Below are positions 1-8,550 of a DNA stretch of 64,000 nucleotides, in pieces. Each line of letters opens with the position of its first letter. The first letter of the stretch is position 1. The position numbers and the translations under genes were made by a program. The notes below the pieces were generated by a model. It made no database searches. It worked only from the letters and a program-made list of their open reading frames with translations, and had not been told where the DNA came from. Origin of the DNA: Solirubrobacterales bacterium (GTDB lineage: Bacteria > Actinomycetota > Thermoleophilia > Solirubrobacterales > 70-9). Where the stretch lies: contig DATAEW010000034.1 in assembly GCA_036257815.1 (NCBI GenBank), positions 1,484-65,483 of the forward strand, read 5' to 3'.

Positions 1-770
1 AGATCTCCTGCCAGTTCCTGACCTACAACGCGACCCTCGACTTCGACCTCGCCGCCGCGCTCTCACCGGTCGATTGCGGCGACTGCCAGCTCGCCCTCGC
101 CAACCCGGCGGTCACCTTCGAGCGGGCCAAGGCGGACCTGCTGGAGATCCTCCGCGCCGGCGCCCTGCCGGTCACGCTCGGCGGCGACCACTCGGTGACG
201 ATCCCCGCCGTCTGGGCGGTCCGCGAGCACTTTGCGAACCCCGGCCTGGTCCTGATCGACACCCACCTCGACACCGCGGCCGACGTCGGTGGCGAGGAGC
301 TGAACCACAGCTGTCCGATCGCCCGCGCGATCGACTGCGGCTTCGACCCGGAGCGCACGGTGCTGATCGGGATGTCCGGCTGGATGAACCCGCGCAGCGA
401 GATCGAATACTGCCGCGAGCGCGGCATCCGGGTGATCTGGCTGGAGGAAATCTGGGAGCGGGGGACCGCCTGGGCGGTCGAGACCGCGAGCTCGATCGTC
501 CGCGACGGCACCGACGGGGTCTACCTCACCTTCGACGTCGACTCGATGGACGCGGCCCATGCCGCCGGGACCTGCGCCCCCACCCCCGGTGGGCTGAGCA
601 GCCGCGAGGCGATCGAGCTGGTCCGTGGAATCTCCAGCGGCGGCCTGCTCGGAGTCGACGTGGTCGAGGTCGCCCCCAGCCTGGAGACGACCGCCAGCTC
701 GGCGACCAGCCTGATCGGCGTCCGCATCGCCCTCGAGGCGATGGCCTTCCACGCGGGAGCCTCCACCTAG
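1..770 (+). CDS. Ureohydrolase (agmatinase/arginase family), 5' end cut by window edge
   Basis: Frame 3 is open from nt 3. LGGDHSVTIP is encoded just upstream of the tracked start at 195, followed by DTHLD and FDVDSMD motifs typical of the Mn-binding arginase/agmatinase fold. Stop TAG at 768-770. Confidence 0.8.
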   Translation, partial: ISCQFLTYNATLDFDLAAALSPVDCGDCQLALANPAVTFERAKADLLEILRAGALPVTLGGDHSVTIPAVWAVREHFANPGLVLIDTHLDTAADVGGEELNHSCPIARAIDCGFDPERTVLIGMSGWMNPRSEIEYCRERGIRVIWLEEIWERGTAWAVETASSIVRDGTDGVYLTFDVDSMDAAHAAGTCAPTPGGLSSREAIELVRGISSGGLLGVDVVEVAPSLETTASSATSLIGVRIALEAMAFHAGAST

Positions 771-1571
771 GTGGTGGCGCTGCTCGCACAGCTCTGCCCG
801 GCGCCGGCGGCGCCGATCGCCAATGCCGCGCGGGCCGCGCACACGATCGGCGAGTATCCCGAGGCCGACCTCGCGGTCTTCCCCGAGCTGTTCGTCAGTG
901 GCTACCGGCTCGACCACCTCGACCAGGTCGCGGTCGAGATTGACGGGCCCGAGCTGGGTTTCGTCGCCCGGGCGGCCGCCGAGGCGGGGACGGCGGCGAT
1001 CGTCGGCTTCGTCGAGCGCTCTGGGCGCGACTTCTACAACGCCGTCGCCTGCTTCGACGAGCAGGGGGAGCTGGCGGGCGTCTACCGCAAGCTGAAGCTG
1101 TTCGGGGAGGAGACCGCGGCCTTCCTGCCGGGGCGCCGGATGCTGCTGGTGGAACTGGCCGGCCGCACAGTCGTGCCGATGGTCTGCTTCGACATGGAGT
1201 TCCCGGAGCTGGCGCGCGCGGCGGCGCTGGCCGGCGCCGACCTCTTCGTCACCGTGGCCGCCAACATGGAGCCCTACGGTCGCGAACACCGGGTCCACGC
1301 CCTCGCCCGGGCGCTGGAGAACCGCATCCCTCATCTCTACCTGAACCGCGTCGGGCAGGAAAGCGGGTTCGCCTTCACCGGCGAAACCTGCTCGATCGAC
1401 GCCGACGGCGTCGTCCTCGCCCAGGCCGACGGCCGCGAGGAGCGTTTCCTGCTGGCCGAGGTCGGTCGCGCCGGCGCGACCGACACGCGCGTTGAGTACC
1501 TGGCCTTCGAACCGTCCCGTCCCAGTGTTGAAGTACAGGCGAAGAGTCACTCTCGAGGAGGAGCAAGATGA
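771..1571 (+). CDS. Carbon-nitrogen hydrolase (nitrilase superfamily amidase)
   Basis: GTG start abuts the previous stop. Glu-Lys-Cys triad context is present: FPELFVSGY, YRKLKLF, MVCFDMEFPE. ATGA overlap with the next gene. Confidence 0.8.
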   Translation: MVALLAQLCPAPAAPIANAARAAHTIGEYPEADLAVFPELFVSGYRLDHLDQVAVEIDGPELGFVARAAAEAGTAAIVGFVERSGRDFYNAVACFDEQGELAGVYRKLKLFGEETAAFLPGRRMLLVELAGRTVVPMVCFDMEFPELARAAALAGADLFVTVAANMEPYGREHRVHALARALENRIPHLYLNRVGQESGFAFTGETCSIDADGVVLAQADGREERFLLAEVGRAGATDTRVEYLAFEPSRPSVEVQAKSHSRGGAR

Positions 1572-3199
1572 GCAATGGGGAGGCAGGGGTGCTGGGCAGG
1601 TCAGCGCCCCAGGTGTTCACGAGGAAAGCGACCGGGCTGGTCCGCGAGGGGCGGACCGCCGACGCGCTCTTCTACAACGTCATGTGGTCGAGCGTGGCGC
1701 TCACGTTCGCCTTCTTCTGGCTCCTCTACTCCTTCTACTACAACGGGTCCAACGCGATCCTCGCCGCCCTGATCGCGGCGCTGCTGGGCCTTCCCGGCGC
1801 CTTCCTCTACGCGATGCTGGCCCAGACGATGCCCCGCACGGGCGGCGACTACGTCTTCAACAGCCGCGCCCTGCACCCGGCGATCGGCTTCGCCGCCAAC
1901 GCCAGCTACTGCTTCTGGCTGGCCGTCGTCTACGGCCTCTACACGACCCTCTTCGCCACCTACGGGATCGGCGCCTTCGCCAACATGATGGCCGGCTACA
2001 CGGGCGCGCACGGATGGATCTCCTTCGGCGAATGGTTCTCCACCGACGCCGGCCTGTTCATCACCGGCACCGCGGTGATCCTGATCTCGGTGGCGGTCTT
2101 CGTGCTCGGTGGCCTGCGCCTCTTCTTCCGCCTTCAGGTCGGCGGCTTCGTCCTCTACATGGTCGGCGCCTTCCTGCTGCCGATGCTGATCGGCCTCTTC
2201 GGCTCGGAAGCCGGCTTCATCTCCAACTTCAACGAATACGGCGCCAACCTCGGCGTCCCCCACGCCTTCGCGGCGATGCAGCGCTCGGCGACCGAAATCG
2301 GCTTCGAGCCATCGGGATTCAGCTTCGAGGCGACGCTGAAATCGGTCTCGGTCTTCTGGTTCATCTTCGGCTTCGTCTACGCGAGCAACTACTTCGCCGG
2401 CGAGGTGAGGCTGAAGAAGCGCACCCACATGCTCTCGATCCCGGGGGCGCTGGCGATCGCCCTCCTCGTCCTGCTGATCCTCACCCCGCTCTACAACCAT
2501 GTCGTCGGCTACGGGATCAACGGCGCGCTCGGGTTCGCCGAACCGTCCTCCTACGGGTTCGCCGAATACCCCGCCTACCCGGAGCTGATGGCGATCGCCT
2601 CCGGCAGCCCGGTCCTGGGCGGGATCACGATCCTCGGCTTCTCCGTCGGCCTGCTGCTCTGGTTGCCGCAGACGATCCTGCTGATCAGCCGCAGCATGTT
2701 CGCCTGGTCGTTCGACCGGATCATGCCGCAGCGGCTCTCCTACGTCGAGCCGCGCTCGCACTCGCCGGTTGTGGCAATCGGCATCGTCACGGTGCTGGGC
2801 ATCGCCAGCACCGCGATCTACGCCTTCACCGATTGGTTCAGCACCCTCTCGATCCTGCTCGGCCTGACCTTCACGCTGGTGATCACCGGGATCGCCGGGA
2901 TCGCGCTTCCGTTCACCCAGAAGGCGATGGTCGAGAACTCCCCCTACAACCGCCGGGTCGCCGGCATCCCGCTGCTCTCGCTGGTCGGCGGGCTCTCGGT
3001 CCTCGGCTTCTGCGGCGCGATCGCGATCCTGCTCTGGGACCCGGGGTCGGGCACCAGCCTCGCCCACAACCCGGGCAAGCTGTGGCTGGCGATCGGCGTT
3101 TTCGTCGTCGCCTTCGCCGTCTACTTCATCTCCCGGCAGGTCCGCCGCGCGCAGGGAATCGACATCGAACTCGCCCACGCCGAACTGCCGCCGGAGTAG
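1568..3199 (+). CDS. APC-family amino acid/polyamine permease
   Basis: 543 aa with about 12 hydrophobic segments; TGGDYVF motif near TM2. Translationally coupled to the upstream hydrolase. Confidence 0.8.
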   Translation: MSNGEAGVLGRSAPQVFTRKATGLVREGRTADALFYNVMWSSVALTFAFFWLLYSFYYNGSNAILAALIAALLGLPGAFLYAMLAQTMPRTGGDYVFNSRALHPAIGFAANASYCFWLAVVYGLYTTLFATYGIGAFANMMAGYTGAHGWISFGEWFSTDAGLFITGTAVILISVAVFVLGGLRLFFRLQVGGFVLYMVGAFLLPMLIGLFGSEAGFISNFNEYGANLGVPHAFAAMQRSATEIGFEPSGFSFEATLKSVSVFWFIFGFVYASNYFAGEVRLKKRTHMLSIPGALAIALLVLLILTPLYNHVVGYGINGALGFAEPSSYGFAEYPAYPELMAIASGSPVLGGITILGFSVGLLLWLPQTILLISRSMFAWSFDRIMPQRLSYVEPRSHSPVVAIGIVTVLGIASTAIYAFTDWFSTLSILLGLTFTLVITGIAGIALPFTQKAMVENSPYNRRVAGIPLLSLVGGLSVLGFCGAIAILLWDPGSGTSLAHNPGKLWLAIGVFVVAFAVYFISRQVRRAQGIDIELAHAELPPE

Positions 3200-3229
3200 G
3201 TGCCGGTCCGGATCGGCGACCGCTGAGCG

Positions 3230-4216
3230 ATGGGCCTGTTCGGGAGGAAGGGAGACGGCGAGCAGGGGGAGCGGCTGCGGCTCTACTACGCCTCCGACAT
3301 CCACGGCACCGAGGTGCTGTGGCGGAAGTTCCTGCGCGCCCCGGAGGTCTACCAGGCCAAGGTGCTGGTGATGGGCGGCGACCTCACCGGCAAGGCCGTG
3401 GTGCCGCTGGTCGAGGCGGGAGGCGAGCGGCGGCAGGCGCAGCTGTTCGGCGAGACGGTCACGGTCGAGGGCGAGGAGGAAGCGCGGGCGCTGGAAGACC
3501 GGGTGCGGGCCAACGGGATGTACCCGTACCGGATGAGCGGCCCCGAGCTGGAGCGGGTCTGGGGGCTGGCCGAGCCGGAGCGCGAAGCGTGGTTCGAGGG
3601 CGTGATGCTCGAGACCCTCTCGCGCTGGCTCGCCCTGGCCCCGGAGCGTCTGGCCGGCAGCGCGGCCCGCTGTTTCGTGATGCCCGGCAACGACGACCCG
3701 CTGGGGGTCGACGGGGCGATCGAGGAGGCGACCGGAATCGAGGCTTGCGACGACCGGGTGGTGGAGTTCGGCGACTACACGATGCTCTCGCTCGGCTACT
3801 CGAACCCGACGCCGTTCGACTCCCCGCGCGAGCTCTCCGAGGAGGAGCTGGGGGAGCGGATCGAGGCGCTCGCCGGGCAGGTCGAGGAGATGGGTCGCTG
3901 CGTCTTCAACCTCCACGTGCCGCCCTACGACTCCGGCCTCGACACTGCGCCGGAGCTCGGGGAGGACCTGACCGTGGTCACCGTCGCCGGGCAGGTGAGC
4001 ATGGCGCCCTGCGGCTCGACCGCGGTGCGCGAGGCGATCGAACGCCACCAGCCGCTGGTCTCGCTGCACGGCCACGTCCACGAGTCGCGCGCCGCCACCC
4101 ACATCGGCCGCACCCTCTGCATCAACCCCGGCAGCGACTACCACACCGGTCGCATCTCCGGCTGCCTGGTCCACCTGAACCGCGAGAAGGCGAACTACCA
4201 GTTCGTCGTCGGGTAG
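3230..4216 (+). CDS. Metallophosphoesterase (calcineurin-like)
   Basis: Motifs SDIHG, GGDLTGK, MPGNDD and LHGHVHESR. Confidence 0.7.
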   Translation: MGLFGRKGDGEQGERLRLYYASDIHGTEVLWRKFLRAPEVYQAKVLVMGGDLTGKAVVPLVEAGGERRQAQLFGETVTVEGEEEARALEDRVRANGMYPYRMSGPELERVWGLAEPEREAWFEGVMLETLSRWLALAPERLAGSAARCFVMPGNDDPLGVDGAIEEATGIEACDDRVVEFGDYTMLSLGYSNPTPFDSPRELSEEELGERIEALAGQVEEMGRCVFNLHVPPYDSGLDTAPELGEDLTVVTVAGQVSMAPCGSTAVREAIERHQPLVSLHGHVHESRAATHIGRTLCINPGSDYHTGRISGCLVHLNREKANYQFVVG

Positions 4217-4219
4217 CGC

Positions 4220-5029
4220 ATGGGCGCCCCCGGCGACCCCCTGGTGCTGGATCATCCGGGAATGGAACCCGAGCCGGACCTGGCCGCGGAGGCGCTGCGC
4301 CTGCTGGCGAGCATCGAGGCGGCGGAGATCGAAGCGCGGCTGATCGGCGGCATGGCGATCCGGCTGCTCGCCGGAGAGCGCTTCGACCCCATCTTCGAGC
4401 GCGAGATCGCCGACCTCGACTTCTTCTCCGTCCGCGGCGCGGGCCGCCGCCTGGGGGAGCTGCTCGCCGGCAACGGCTACGAGCCCGACGAGCGGTTCAA
4501 CGCGCTCAACGGCGCCCGGCGGCTGCTCTTCCTCGACCCCGTGCACGGTCGCCAGGTCGATGTCTTCGTCGGCAGCTTCGAGATGTGCCACACGCTGCCC
4601 CTGGCCGAGCGAATCGCCGTCCGTCCCCACACCCTGCCGGCGGCCGAGCTGCTGATGACCAAGCTGCAGATCGTCGAGCTGAATGAGAAGGACCGCGGCG
4701 ACACCTTCGCCCTGCTGCTCGCGCACGAGGTCGCCGAGGCCGACCTCGACCCGGCCGGCGCCGACGCAATCGACGCCACCCGGATCGCCGCCCTGACCTC
4801 GCGCGACTGGGGACTGCAGCGGACCTTCGAGCTGAACCTCCAGCGCCTGCGCGAGGCGGCCCCGGGGCTGCCGCTCGGGGAGGATCGGCGAGCGGCGATC
4901 GCGGACCGGATCGATCGCCTCGCCGCGACGATCGAGACGGCGCCGAAGAGCCGCAGGTGGAAGCTCCGCGAGCGGGTCGGCGAGCGGGTGCGGTGGTATG
5001 AGGAGCCTGAAGAGGTGGACCGGGGCTGA
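4220..5029 (+). CDS. Hypothetical protein, possible nucleotidyltransferase fold
   Basis: LIGGMAIRLL...DLDFF resembles the GG...D.D minimal nucleotidyltransferase signature. Begins 4 nt after the metallophosphoesterase stop. Function not established. Confidence 0.45.
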   Translation: MGAPGDPLVLDHPGMEPEPDLAAEALRLLASIEAAEIEARLIGGMAIRLLAGERFDPIFEREIADLDFFSVRGAGRRLGELLAGNGYEPDERFNALNGARRLLFLDPVHGRQVDVFVGSFEMCHTLPLAERIAVRPHTLPAAELLMTKLQIVELNEKDRGDTFALLLAHEVAEADLDPAGADAIDATRIAALTSRDWGLQRTFELNLQRLREAAPGLPLGEDRRAAIADRIDRLAATIETAPKSRRWKLRERVGERVRWYEEPEEVDRG

Positions 5030-5055
5030 GCTGAGAGCCGAGTCGCTTCGGCGGA

Positions 5056-5180
5056 CCTGGGAGGCCGGTCCCGGCAGGGGTTCCGCTTAACTTTTCCGAG
5101 GATTGCCTCCTGCTAACGCCCGGAGCGCGACGGCGGAAAAGTACAAGACGCTCCACCCCTGCCGGGACCGGCCTCCCAGG
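5056..5180. repeat. Long hairpin element: 26-bp perfect arms, 73-nt core
   Basis: cctgggaggccggtcccggcaggggt (5056-5081) is the exact reverse complement of 5155-5180. The core has the CCTCC-N10-CGGAGCG-N21-CGCTCC skeleton shared with the elements at 52084-52545. Confidence 0.7.
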
Positions 5181-5234
5181 TCTTCCAGGGACCGGCTCGG
5201 GTCGGCGCGGGGCCAGAGCTTGTGCCTGGGGGCG

Positions 5235-5297
5235 GAATTCAGCGGGCGCTGAAAAGGTGCCGCTATAGGGGGCAAATTTCAGCGGGCGCTGAATTTT
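5235..5297. repeat. Double-palindrome intergenic element (TTCAGCGGGCGCTGAA twice around a ctataggggg centre)
   Basis: Two copies of the 16-nt near-palindrome lie about 40 nt apart. About 75% identical by eye over 65 nt to 26218-26283. Lies between two convergent gene ends. Confidence 0.7.
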
Positions 5298-5309
5298 CCC
5301 TGGCGTCGC

Positions 5310-6281
5310 TCAGGCGAGTGCGGTCCAGAGGGCGCGCTCGGCGTGCTCGACGGCCCCCGCGTTTTCGGCTACCGCCTGCCATAGCCGGGGCTCGGGGTCG
5401 TCGTCCTCGCTTGCCGCGCGGAAGGCCTCGGCCAGCTCGGTCCAGCGGGCGCCGGCCTCGCTGGCCAGGGGGGCGTTGGGGTTGTCGACCTCCTCCAGGA
5501 AGCGCGCGTACATCGGGCGGAAGGCGCCGCCGCCGGTGCCGCGGCGCTCGATCACCTGATAGGCGAAGCGGGCGCACCACTGCCAGTCGTCGGCCGTCTC
5601 GGGCCAGGAGCCTGCCTCGGCGGCGAGGCGGGCCAGTGCCGGCAGGCCGGCGAACTCGCCCCAGATCGGTTCCAGCATTTCCTTCGCCGCGCGGGCGATC
5701 GCCCTCGGCGCGGCGGCCAGCAGCCGCTCGCGGTCGACCTGGTCCGCGACGGTGAACATGTGGCCTTCCATCGGGTAGGCGGGGTGGCCGCTGTGCCGGG
5801 CCTTGGCGAGGTGATCGAGCCGGGTCGTCTGCAGCTCCTCGAAGGCGGTGTCGGAGAGGTAGGCGACTTCGTCGTCATAGCCGGCGAGGACGACGGCATG
5901 GCCCGGAAAGTGGGCCGAGTTGCCGTAGTGATCGAGGTGGTAGAGGTCGGTCAGCAGCAGCGCCGGGCTGCCGCCGTCGACCTCGGCCCGCGCCGCCTCC
6001 CAGGCCGCGCCGTCGCCGGCGGCGAAGGTCCGCATCTCCAGCGCCGCGCCGGTCAGCTCGCGGAAGCTCTCCTCGAGCCGGGCGGTGCGGCCGTTGAACC
6101 AACGGCTCGGCGAGGAGTCGGGCATCGTCAGGTAGTAGAAGCAGGCGCCGGCGCCGAGCCCAAAGGCCAGCTCCTCGCTGACCTCGATGCCGTGGAAGGC
6201 GAGCAGGTTGCGCAGCGCCGTCGAGCCGCAGTGGTGGCCGGGCGTGTGGACGTATCCGGGAACCGTTGGCATCGCAGGCAA
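5310..6281 (-). CDS. BtrH N-terminal domain / DUF4872-like protein (C39-like peptidase fold)
   Basis: HTPGHHCGSTALRNLLAFHGIEVSEELAFGLGAGACFYY matches my memory of the BtrH_N signature. Start is TTG 6281 or ATG 6272. Confidence 0.6.
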   Translation of the reverse strand: MPAMPTVPGYVHTPGHHCGSTALRNLLAFHGIEVSEELAFGLGAGACFYYLTMPDSSPSRWFNGRTARLEESFRELTGAALEMRTFAAGDGAAWEAARAEVDGGSPALLLTDLYHLDHYGNSAHFPGHAVVLAGYDDEVAYLSDTAFEELQTTRLDHLAKARHSGHPAYPMEGHMFTVADQVDRERLLAAAPRAIARAAKEMLEPIWGEFAGLPALARLAAEAGSWPETADDWQWCARFAYQVIERRGTGGGAFRPMYARFLEEVDNPNAPLASEAGARWTELAEAFRAASEDDDPEPRLWQAVAENAGAVEHAERALWTALA

Positions 6282-6298
6282 ATTATCCTGGCCCGGCG

Positions 6299-6793
6299 AT
6301 GCGGAGCCTCGACCTCAAGCTGCTGCGCCTGCTGCGGACCCGCGGCCACTCGCCGGGGCTCGAGGAGGCGGCGAAGGCGCTCGGCAAGGCCGGCAACAAC
6401 GGGCTGATCTGGCTGATCCTCGGGCTGGCGCTGGCGCTGATCGACTCCGAACGGCGCGAATCGTGGCTGATCTGCGCCGCCCTCGGCCCGGTCGCGATCG
6501 CCCTCAACTACGGGATCAAGCTGGTCGTGCGGCGCCCGCGGCCGGTGCTCGAGGGCCTGCCGCCGCTCGGCGGCGCCCCCAGCTCGCTCAGCTTCCCCTC
6601 CGCTCACGCCCTCTCCTCCTTCGCGGTGGCGACGGCGATGTTCCGGGTCGACCCGGCTACCGCGGCAAGCTTCGCGGTCGCCCTCGCGCTCTCGCTCGGC
6701 CGTCCCTATCTCGGGATGCACTACCCCTCCGACGTCCTCGCCGGCGCCCTGCTGGGCGTCGTCCTCGGACTGATCGTTCCTCTCTCCCTGTGA
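6299..6793 (+). CDS. PAP2-family phosphatase (membrane)
   Basis: Acid phosphatase motifs KLVVRRPRP, SFPSAH and HYPSDV, plus several TM helices. ATG 6299 is preferred over the tracked TTG 6266, which overlaps the divergent gene. Confidence 0.75.
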   Translation: MRSLDLKLLRLLRTRGHSPGLEEAAKALGKAGNNGLIWLILGLALALIDSERRESWLICAALGPVAIALNYGIKLVVRRPRPVLEGLPPLGGAPSSLSFPSAHALSSFAVATAMFRVDPATAASFAVALALSLGRPYLGMHYPSDVLAGALLGVVLGLIVPLSL

Positions 6794-6824
6794 GCGGCAT
6801 CTTCGAGAACGGCGGGGAGGGGCG

Positions 6825-7898
6825 ATGAAGGTCGGGATCGTCGGGTTGCCGAACGCCGGCAAGTCGACCCTGTTCAACGCGCTGACCAAGGGCGGTGCCC
6901 AGACCGGCGACTATCCCTTCACGACGATCGAGCCCAACGTGGCGATCGCCCAGGTGCCGGACGAGCGCCTGGAGAAGGTCGCCGAGACGGTCGGCAGCTC
7001 GAAGCTGGAACCGGCGACGATCGCCTTCCACGACATCGCCGGCCTGGTCAAGGGGGCCTCGGAGGGGGAGGGGCTGGGCAACCAGTTCCTTGCCTCGATC
7101 CGGGAGACCGACGCGATCTGCCACGTCGTCCGCTGCCACCAGGACGGCGGCGTCCCGCACCCCGACGGCCGCGTCGATCCCCTGGCCGACATCGAGACGA
7201 TCGAGACCGAGCTGGTCCTCGCCGACTTCGAGCAGCTGGAGCGGCGGCTGGGACGGGTCGGCAAGGGCGCGAAGTCGGGCGACAAGGAGGCGATCGCCGA
7301 GCTGGCCTGGCTGGAGGCGGTCAAGGAGGCGCTAGCCGGCGGCCGCCCGGCGCGCTCGATCCCCGTGCCCGACGCGGCCCCCGACGCGGCCCGCAACCTG
7401 CAGGCGCTGACCAGCAAGCCGATCCTCTACGTCGCCAACGTCGACGAGGGCGACGCCGAGCCGCCCGCCGACGTCGTCGCCCACGCGGCTTCGGTGGGGG
7501 CGGGGGTGGTCGCGGTCAGCGCCCGGATCGAGGGCGAGCTGGCCGAGCTCGACCCTGCCGAAGCGGAGGAGATGCGCGAGTCCTACGGGGTCGAGGGCTC
7601 GGGCCTGGCGCGCCTGGTCCGCGCCGCCTACGACCTGCTGGAGCTGATCACCTTCTTCACCGCCGGCGAGGGCAAGGAGGCGGTGGCGCGGCCGCTGCGC
7701 CGCGGCGCCACCGCGCTGGAGGCGGCGGGGACGATCCACACCGAGATCATGGAAGCGTTCGTCAAAGCCGAGGCGATCGGCTGGGAGCAGCTGGTCGAAT
7801 GCGGCGGCTACGCTGCCGCCCGCGACCGCGGCCTGCTGCGGATCGAGGGGCGCGATTACGTAGTGCGTGACGGCGACGTGATCACGATCAAGGTCTGA
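6825..7898 (+). CDS. ychF: Ribosome-binding ATPase YchF
   Basis: MKVGIVGLPNAGKSTLFNALT P-loop and FHDIAGLVKGASEGEGLGNQFL, with a TGS-like C-terminus. Confidence 0.95.
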   Translation: MKVGIVGLPNAGKSTLFNALTKGGAQTGDYPFTTIEPNVAIAQVPDERLEKVAETVGSSKLEPATIAFHDIAGLVKGASEGEGLGNQFLASIRETDAICHVVRCHQDGGVPHPDGRVDPLADIETIETELVLADFEQLERRLGRVGKGAKSGDKEAIAELAWLEAVKEALAGGRPARSIPVPDAAPDAARNLQALTSKPILYVANVDEGDAEPPADVVAHAASVGAGVVAVSARIEGELAELDPAEAEEMRESYGVEGSGLARLVRAAYDLLELITFFTAGEGKEAVARPLRRGATALEAAGTIHTEIMEAFVKAEAIGWEQLVECGGYAAARDRGLLRIEGRDYVVRDGDVITIKV

Positions 7899-7964
7899 GT
7901 CCAAGGTCTGAGTCGCCGATGATGCGTTTTCCCCGGCCTACCGAGGAAAATGCGTCGAGCGTCC

Positions 7965-8415
7965 TCAGTCGAGCGGAAGGCCACGCCGCCCGGCGTCGAG
8001 GACCATCGCCTCGTGTTCTTCGACCGAGCGGTGGGCGTCGCCGTCGAGCCGCCAGGCGATGCTCTGGCGAGGAAGCGCGGCGCGCCCGCCGCCTCGGCGG
8101 CGGCCAGCAGGTTGCGCGTCCCCTCGGTGCGGATGCGCGCGTTGGCGGCGCTCATCTCCGGGATCCGCTCGACCTCGTCGGGCAGGTCGGTGAGCTGGTG
8201 CATGAGCAGGTCAGGCTCGAAGGCGACGGCGGCGTCGCGCAGCGCCGCGGCGTCGTAGACGTCGACCACGATCGGCTCGGCGCCCAGCTTGCGCAGCAGC
8301 TCGGCCTTGCCCGGCGAGCGCGTCATTCCGGCGACCCCATGCCCCTGCGCGGCCAGCAGCGGAACCAGCCGCGCCGGCCGATCACACCGCTCGCTCCCGC
8401 GAGGAAGATCCGCAC
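7965..8415 (-). pseudogene. Decayed NAD(P)-dependent epimerase/dehydratase-family gene (two frameshifts plus C-terminal loss)
   Basis: GTG 8415 gives VRIFLAGASGVIGRR (Rossmann GxxGxxG). The frame then shifts (apparent extra GC) into LVPLLAAQGHGVAGMTRSPGKAELL...QLTDLP...APRFLA. It shifts again (apparently a missing C) into QSIAWRLDGDAHRSVEEHEAMVLDAGRRGLPLD-stop at 7965. Total is about 150 codons, against about 290 expected. Confidence 0.6.
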
Positions 8416-8550
8416 CGTCTGAACCTAACGAACCGAGCCTCCCCACCCCGCACCCCCATCGGGTGGTAGCCGTTTGGGACGGATAGCGACCGAAATGACA
8501 ACCACCGGGGTTCCGGTTGGTCGGGGTCACAACTCATCTAGAGTCCCCGC

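Noticed and set aside
1492-4726. Very long ORFs (1064 aa on plus, 1041 aa on minus) overlapping the permease and metallophosphoesterase genes. Similar giants occur at 8527-10587, 17447-19591, 22926-26093, 54216-57026 and 57178-59670.
   Set aside because: Their translations are Arg/Pro/Gly/Ala-rich low-complexity strings typical of off-frame or antisense reading of high-GC genes. Each overlaps a CDS with clear family motifs in another frame.
7856-8530. Tracked 224-aa ORF as an intact gene
   Set aside because: Only its middle third matches a real family (epimerase/dehydratase). The N- and C-terminal matches lie in other frames, so it is annotated as a pseudogene instead.
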